Shown here: piece by piece, positions 58,614-64,000 of the stretch
How positions within the stretch are numbered: the first letter of the stretch is position 1
Layout of the letters: every line of letters begins with the position of its first letter
Source: Myxococcota bacterium
GTDB taxonomy: Bacteria > Myxococcota_A > UBA9160 > JAFDDA01
DNA: 64,000 nucleotides
NCBI GenBank assembly: GCA_965228475.1
Contig: OZ245817.1
Coordinates: 4,352,001 to 4,416,000 of the forward strand
Direction: 5' to 3'
Position numbers and translations under genes: made by a program
Notes under the pieces: generated by a model
What the model saw: the letters and a program-made list of their open reading frames with translations, nothing else
Databases searched by the model: none
Told to the model about the DNA's origin: nothing

Positions 58614-59737
58614 TGCCGACCGATCGCGCCATCCGCTGGGCCTGTCAGCTCGTGGTCATCGTCTGGCTCGCCACCGCCCTCGGCTGGCGCGAGCTTGCGC
58701 CGCGCGAGGTGCGCGTCGCGGTGCAGCCGACCTCGGTCGAGGCCGTCGCGCTCCCGCCAGTACCGGCCGCCGAACCCGAGGAAGAGACCGAGGCGGAGCC
58801 CGAAAACGCCGCGGCGCCCGAACCCGCTGCCCCCGAGATCGCCGAGGCGCCCGAGCCCGAACCGGCACCGCCCGAGCCGGCCGAGGCGCCCGAACCCGAG
58901 CCCGCCCCGCCCGAAGTCGCCGAAGCGCCGGTGCCGGAGGCACTTCCCGAGCCCGAACCCGAGCCCGCCCCGGTGGACGTCGCCGAGGCCCCCGAGCCCG
59001 AGCCCATCGAAGCGGCCGAGATCCCCGAGCTCGCTGCGGCGGAGGAGCCCGAGCCCCTCGAAGCGGAGCCTGCCCCCCTCGAACCGGCCGAGCTCCCCGA
59101 GGCGGACCCGGCCCCGCTCGAGGTCGCCGAAGCCCCGGCGCCCGAACCCGCGCCTACTCTAGAAGCTCCCCTCGCCGCTCCGCCCCTCCCCCTCCAGACC
59201 GTCAGCGAGGCCGACGTCGCCCGGGGCGGAACGCTGCTCACCGGGGACGAAGGCTTCCCCGTGCTCGAGAGCCGCTACGAGGCCTTCGGGAGCTTCGGCG
59301 ACTACGCCCGCGCGATGCAGGCCCTCGGAGCCCGCTTCGTCGTGGTGGAGCGCCACGCCATCCTGGGAACGATCGACCCGTGGACCCTCGAGGCCGGCAC
59401 CCTGGCCGACGCCGCCGCCCTCTCTCCCCGCGCCCGCGACTACGCGGGGGAGCCCGCCCTGCTCGCCGCCAGCCGCACCGTCCGTCGCCGCCACGGGAAC
59501 CGGGCCGAGATCATGATGCTCGTGCCGCGCCGCATCGACGCGGCCCTCTTCGGCGGCATCACCCGGGCCCTCGAAGCGCGGGGCCGCGCACCGGGCGCCT
59601 ACCGGCAGATCCTGGCCCGGTACGAACGCGGGCCGGGCGGAAGCCTCCGCCTGCGGGTCGAGGCGGCGGTCGGCAAGGATGGCCGCAAGGAACCCCTCCC
59701 GCTGCTCTTCGACCTCTCCCGGCTCGTCCGCACCTGA
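58613..59737 (+). CDS. TonB/TolA-like architecture protein with an unrecognised C-terminal domain
   Basis: TM helix, a long EAPEPEPAP repeat and a globular C-terminus. Confidence 0.7.
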   Translation: MPTDRAIRWACQLVVIVWLATALGWRELAPREVRVAVQPTSVEAVALPPVPAAEPEEETEAEPENAAAPEPAAPEIAEAPEPEPAPPEPAEAPEPEPAPPEVAEAPVPEALPEPEPEPAPVDVAEAPEPEPIEAAEIPELAAAEEPEPLEAEPAPLEPAELPEADPAPLEVAEAPAPEPAPTLEAPLAAPPLPLQTVSEADVARGGTLLTGDEGFPVLESRYEAFGSFGDYARAMQALGARFVVVERHAILGTIDPWTLEAGTLADAAALSPRARDYAGEPALLAASRTVRRRHGNRAEIMMLVPRRIDAALFGGITRALEARGRAPGAYRQILARYERGPGGSLRLRVEAAVGKDGRKEPLPLLFDLSRLVRT

Positions 59738-59835
59738 GGCCCCGCCGGGTTCGCATCCGCGATGCCGGCGAGCTGCGCTTCCCCCCGGAGGCCGCTCGGT
59801 GTTAGTTTGGGCCCCTACCGTTTCAGGGGGTCCCC

Positions 59836-61632
59836 ATGGCAGCGTTCAACGGCACCGAGCAGGTCAGAAAGGTCGACAACTTCATCCAGGCCTTCCACAT
59901 CATGTCCGAGGCCGTGCCCGAACGAGAGGCCCTGCGCACGTCGGACGGTCAGTCCTCGCTCTCCTGGGGCGAGGTGCGGCAGCGGGTCGACGCCATCGCC
60001 GGCGGGCTCGCGAAGCTCGGCGTCGCGCGCGGCGAGACCGTCGCCCTGATGCTCTCGAACCGGCCCGAGTTCCACCTGTGCGATCTCGCCACCATGAGTG
60101 CCGGCGGAACGCCCTTCTCGATCTACCAGACGCTCCCGCCGGAATCGATCGAGTACGTCGTGGGCGATGCGGGCGCGCGCGTCGCGATCATCGAGCGCGC
60201 CTTCTTCGAGAACTTCATGAAGGCGCGCCAGAACCTCCGGGACCTCGAGCACGTGATCGTGATCGACGGCGAGGGCGAAGGCGGCACCCTCACGCTCACC
60301 GAGATCGAAGGTTCGAACCCCGGCTTCGACACCGCCGCCAGCGCTGCGGGCATCGGCGCCGAGGACCTCCTCACGCTGATCTACACCTCGGGCACCACGG
60401 GCCCGCCGAAGGGCGTGCAGCTCACCCACGCGAACCTGCTCGCCGGCGTGCGGATCCTCGACCAGGTGATCAACATCCCGGACGGCGCGCGCGTCATCTC
60501 CTGGCTGCCGACGGCCCACATCGCGGAGCGCGCCGCCAACTACTACATCCCGCTCGTCTTCGGGGCGACCATCACCACCCTCGACGACCCGCGCAGCATC
60601 ATCAAGGTGCTGCCCGAGGTGAAGCCGAACTTCTTCTTCGCCGTGCCGCGCATCTGGGAAAAGATGAAGGCCGGCATCGAAGCCCAGCTCGAGCAGCTGC
60701 CGGAGGAGACGGCCGCGCTCGCGAAGAAGGCCATCGAGGCCGGCATCCAGAAGGTCCGCCTCGAACAGGCCGGGCAGGAGGTTCCGGCGGAGCTCGCCGC
60801 GGTCTGCGAGCGCGCGGACGGTGAGCTCTTCGCGCGGCTCCGGGCGCTCCTCGGACTCGAGGAAGCCCGCGCCATCAACACGGGCGCCGCGCCGACGCCC
60901 GTCGAGGTGCTCGAGTTCTTCCACGCGATCGGGCTCGAGCTCGCGGAACTCTGGGGCATGTCGGAGACCTGCGGCGCCGGTACGACGAACCCGCCCGGCA
61001 AGGTGCGGCTGGGAACGGTCGGCCCGCCGGCCCCCGAGATCGAGATCAAGCTCGACGGCGACGGCGAGATCCTGATCCGCGGCCCCATCCTCATGCAGGG
61101 CTACCGCAACCTCCCGGAGAAGACCGCCGAGACCTTCACCGAGGACGGCTGGCTCCGCACCGGCGACATCGGCGAGTTCGACAGCCACGGCTACCTGAAG
61201 ATCGTCGACCGCAAGAAGGAGCTGATCATCAACGCCGCGGGCAAGAACATGGCGCCCATCAACATCGAGGGGAAGCTCAAGGGATCGAGCCCCTTCATCG
61301 GGCAGGCCTGCGCGATCGGCGATGCGCGCCCCTACAACACGGCGCTGATCGTCCTCGATGCGGACTACGTCCCCGCCTGGGCGGCCCAGAACGGCATCGA
61401 GGAGACTACGCTGGAGGCGCTCGCGGAGAACGAGAAGATCGTGGCCGCCGTCGAGGCGGGCGTCGCCTCGGCGAACGAGAAGCTCTCCCGCGTCGAGCAG
61501 ATCAAGAAGTTCCACATCGTCCGCGGCGATTGGCTGCCGGGCGGCGACGAACTCACGCCGACCATGAAGCTCAAGCGCAAGCCGATCGCCGAGAAGTACG
61601 CCCGCGAGATCGAGGAGCTCTACGCGAAATGA
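59836..61632 (+). CDS. Long-chain fatty acid-CoA ligase (AMP-binding)
   Basis: YTSGTTGPPKG, WGMSE, GWLRTGDIG and ELTPTMKLKR motifs. Confidence 0.95.
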   Translation: MAAFNGTEQVRKVDNFIQAFHIMSEAVPEREALRTSDGQSSLSWGEVRQRVDAIAGGLAKLGVARGETVALMLSNRPEFHLCDLATMSAGGTPFSIYQTLPPESIEYVVGDAGARVAIIERAFFENFMKARQNLRDLEHVIVIDGEGEGGTLTLTEIEGSNPGFDTAASAAGIGAEDLLTLIYTSGTTGPPKGVQLTHANLLAGVRILDQVINIPDGARVISWLPTAHIAERAANYYIPLVFGATITTLDDPRSIIKVLPEVKPNFFFAVPRIWEKMKAGIEAQLEQLPEETAALAKKAIEAGIQKVRLEQAGQEVPAELAAVCERADGELFARLRALLGLEEARAINTGAAPTPVEVLEFFHAIGLELAELWGMSETCGAGTTNPPGKVRLGTVGPPAPEIEIKLDGDGEILIRGPILMQGYRNLPEKTAETFTEDGWLRTGDIGEFDSHGYLKIVDRKKELIINAAGKNMAPINIEGKLKGSSPFIGQACAIGDARPYNTALIVLDADYVPAWAAQNGIEETTLEALAENEKIVAAVEAGVASANEKLSRVEQIKKFHIVRGDWLPGGDELTPTMKLKRKPIAEKYAREIEELYAK

Positions 61633-63074
61633 CCCAGCCCCTGGATCTCGACGCCACCGCCCAGGCGGAACTCGTCCGCAGCGGTGAAGTGAAGCCCCAG
61701 GAGCTGGTGGATGCCGCCATCGAGCGCGCGGAGCGCCTCGACGAGGATCTCAACGCCGTGATCCTGCCGCGCTACGAGGAAGCGCGCGGCACGGCGGCGG
61801 GCGAGCTTCCGGACGGCCCCTTTCGCGGCGTCCCGTTCCTGCTGAAGGATCTCGGTGCGAACTTCGCCGGCTGGCCCAACCACAACGGGATGCAGGCGCT
61901 GAAGGACGCCGGCTGGACGACGCCCGTCGATTCCGTGCTGGCCGCGCGCTTCCGGGAGGCCGGCTTCGTGACGCTCGGGCGCACCAACTCGCCGGAGCTC
62001 GGGCTCGCACCGATCACCGAGCCGAGCGCCTACGGCCCGGCGCGAAACCCCTGGGACCTCGATCACTCGCCGGGCGGCTCGAGCGGTGGCTCCTCGGCGG
62101 CGGTGGCCGCGGGAATCGTCGCGGTCGCGCACTCGAGCGACGGCGGAGGTTCGATCCGCATCCCGGCAGCGCATGCGGGCCTCGTCGGCCTGAAGCCCTC
62201 GCGCGGGCGCAACTCCTTCGGCCCGGAAGTGGGCGAGCGCTGGTTCGGCTGCTCCTGCGAGGGTGTCGTCTCGCGCACGGTGCGCGACACCGCGGCCGTG
62301 CTCGACGCCACCCACGGCCCGGCCGCGGGCGACCCCTACGGCTGCCCGCCCCCGGCTCGCTCCTATCGAGAAGAAGTCGGGGCGGCCCCCGGCCCGCTGC
62401 GCATCGGCCTGCTCGATCACGGCCCGCGCGGGGTCGACATCCACGAAGACAACGCCATCGCCGTGCGCAACGCCGCGCGCGCGCTCGAGGGCCTCGGGCA
62501 CACCGTCGAGCCCTCCCATCCGAGCGTGCTCGACGATCAGGAGATCGTGCTCTCCTTCGTGAAGGTCGTGATGGCCTCGTGTGCGGCGGCCCTCGATTCC
62601 TGGGGCCAGAAGATCGGCCGTGCGATCGAGGAGAAGGACGTCGAGCCCATGACCTGGGCGATCGCCTCGCGCGGCCGCGACATCAGCGCGCCGGACCTGG
62701 CCGCCGCCGTCTCGTTCATGCACGCCGCCGGCCGGAACACCGGCGCCTGGCACGAGAGCGGCTACGACCTGCTGCTCACGCCCACGTGCGGCCAGCCGCC
62801 GCCGCAGATCGGAGAGCTCGTCTCGCCGCCGGAGGAGCCGCTGCAGGGTTACATCCGCTCGGGGCCCTACGGCATGTTCACGTCGCCGTTCAACATGACG
62901 GGCCAGCCCGCCATCAGCCTTCCGCTGCACTGGAACGACGCCGGGCTTCCGATCGGCGTGCAGCTCGTCGCGCCGTATGCGGGGGAGGACCGGCTCCTTC
63001 GCGTCGCCGCGCAGCTGGAACAGGCCCTCCCCTGGGCCGACCGTCGGCCGACGGTCAACGCATTCGGGACCTGA
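61629..63074 (+). CDS. Amidase signature family protein
   Basis: [16 protein letters not shown] and [10 protein letters not shown] motifs. Confidence 0.95.
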   Translation: MTQPLDLDATAQAELVRSGEVKPQELVDAAIERAERLDEDLNAVILPRYEEARGTAAGELPDGPFRGVPFLLKDLGANFAGWPNHNGMQALKDAGWTTPVDSVLAARFREAGFVTLGRTNSPELGLAPITEPSAYGPARNPWDLDHSPGGSSGGSSAAVAAGIVAVAHSSDGGGSIRIPAAHAGLVGLKPSRGRNSFGPEVGERWFGCSCEGVVSRTVRDTAAVLDATHGPAAGDPYGCPPPARSYREEVGAAPGPLRIGLLDHGPRGVDIHEDNAIAVRNAARALEGLGHTVEPSHPSVLDDQEIVLSFVKVVMASCAAALDSWGQKIGRAIEEKDVEPMTWAIASRGRDISAPDLAAAVSFMHAAGRNTGAWHESGYDLLLTPTCGQPPPQIGELVSPPEEPLQGYIRSGPYGMFTSPFNMTGQPAISLPLHWNDAGLPIGVQLVAPYAGEDRLLRVAAQLEQALPWADRRPTVNAFGT

Positions 63075-63159
63075 ACCCTGGGAGGTTGCAGGTCCACTCC
63101 TCCGAGAAGCGACCGGCGGGGGAAAGGGTTGGACCCGCCGGCCGCTCTCGGCCGGAGCG

Positions 63160-63750
63160 CTAGCGACGCCCCCGGCGCCAGATTCCCACCAGGGCACCGG
63201 CAACCAGCAGGGCGGCACTGGGCTCGGGCACGCTTGCGCCGCCATAGGTCCCGTCACCCCCACCCACGGTGTAGCTGGCGTTGAGCCCGAAGTTGAAGTG
63301 CTCACCGAGGCTGATGAGTCCCGTGGGCCCGAAATCGAAGATCTCGTTGAACCCCATGCCGATGCCATAGTGGACTTGATCGAACCCGTGCGAGAAGCTC
63401 CCGCTGGGGTTGAGCCCCGGCGGGGTGCCTCCCAGGTGGTAGACACCGGCGAAGCTGTGGAGGTATCCGTCTTCGAAGACGACGGTGCCCTCGTAGGTGA
63501 ACGGACCATCGCCTGCGTTGGGCTCCTCCCGGAACGTCACGTTGAGGTCCCAACCCCAGACGCAACCCCCATAGGCGCAGGAATCGAAGGTCACTTCGCT
63601 CGCGGCGCTTGACTCGAGGATGAAGAGCGCGTTGTAGCCGACCTCCGCCTCGTTCGAGTAGACGACGGTCAGGCTCACGGCCGAGGCCGGGGCTCCGGAG
63701 AACAACATGGCCAGGCCCAGGGCCAAGCCGGCAAGGAATCGAACAGACAT
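63160..63750 (-). CDS. PEP-CTERM sorting domain protein
   Basis: Signal peptide and C-terminal VPEPSAALLVAGALVGIWRRGRR. Confidence 0.9.
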   Translation of the reverse strand: MSVRFLAGLALGLAMLFSGAPASAVSLTVVYSNEAEVGYNALFILESSAASEVTFDSCAYGGCVWGWDLNVTFREEPNAGDGPFTYEGTVVFEDGYLHSFAGVYHLGGTPPGLNPSGSFSHGFDQVHYGIGMGFNEIFDFGPTGLISLGEHFNFGLNASYTVGGGDGTYGGASVPEPSAALLVAGALVGIWRRGRR

Positions 63751-63827
63751 GAACAACAACACCTCCTTGCCCGCCGATGCGTCTAAACAGTCGAAAGGGC
63801 AATTTTAATTATACCGAGTGAACTATT

Positions 63828-63843
63828 TGCAACCGACGTGCCA
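63828..63843 (-). promoter_or_regulatory. Sigma-54 (-24/-12) promoter
   Basis: Minus strand TGGCAC-gtcgg-TTGCA is a consensus match, upstream of the PEP-CTERM gene. Confidence 0.85.
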
Positions 63844-64000
63844 TCTCGCCCCGTCGCAGGGTCCGACTCTCAAGCTGCCGGAAACAGGAAGGTTTTCACC
63901 TCGACTCGACCGCGACCTCCAGATCGCATTGGGAACGACGGTTCCTCTCTAGCCACCAGAGAGGAAAAATTGTTCCGTCGGTCTATTCGCATGGGGACGC

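Noticed and set aside
58770..59155. DNA repeats gccgaggcgcccgagcccga
   Set aside because: Explained by the coding EAPEPEPAP linker.

Overview
This is a high-GC bacterial window. The taxon cannot be determined; PEP-CTERM, a sigma-54 promoter and a PDS sortase locus fit a delta-proteobacterial/Myxococcota-like diderm, by inference only. The dominant feature is a large chromosomal integron. An IntI tyrosine recombinase (32362-33336, minus) points towards its own attI candidate (~32170-32200) and is co-directional with about 35 minus-strand cassettes, the unusual inverted-integrase layout. The cassettes are delimited by ~134-bp attC sites (13084-31833), and progressively decayed attC relics continue leftwards to ~7.4 kb. 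Most cassettes carry small membrane or hypothetical genes, plus a DUF4160/DUF2442 toxin-antitoxin pair, a dgkA-like kinase, a CPBP protease and a hexapeptide transferase. Eight cassettes in three sequence families have no credible ORF. Main hypothesis: the attC sites double as expression modules. Each has an invariant extended -10 (TGGTAGGAT) at its apex, also echoed in unrelated attC families, and Shine-Dalgarno-like motifs at the crossover end. A slipin/SPFH gene with a structured, tRNA-T-arm-containing leader lies in the old part of the array. Right of the integron are a PI-PLC, a hybrid kinase, an mshIJKLMNEG pilus operon, a proteobacterial dedicated sortase locus, an uncharacterised ExbB/ExbD/TonB-like operon, an acyl-CoA ligase, an amidase and a sigma-54-preceded PEP-CTERM gene. 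All calls were made by eye; no searches were run.
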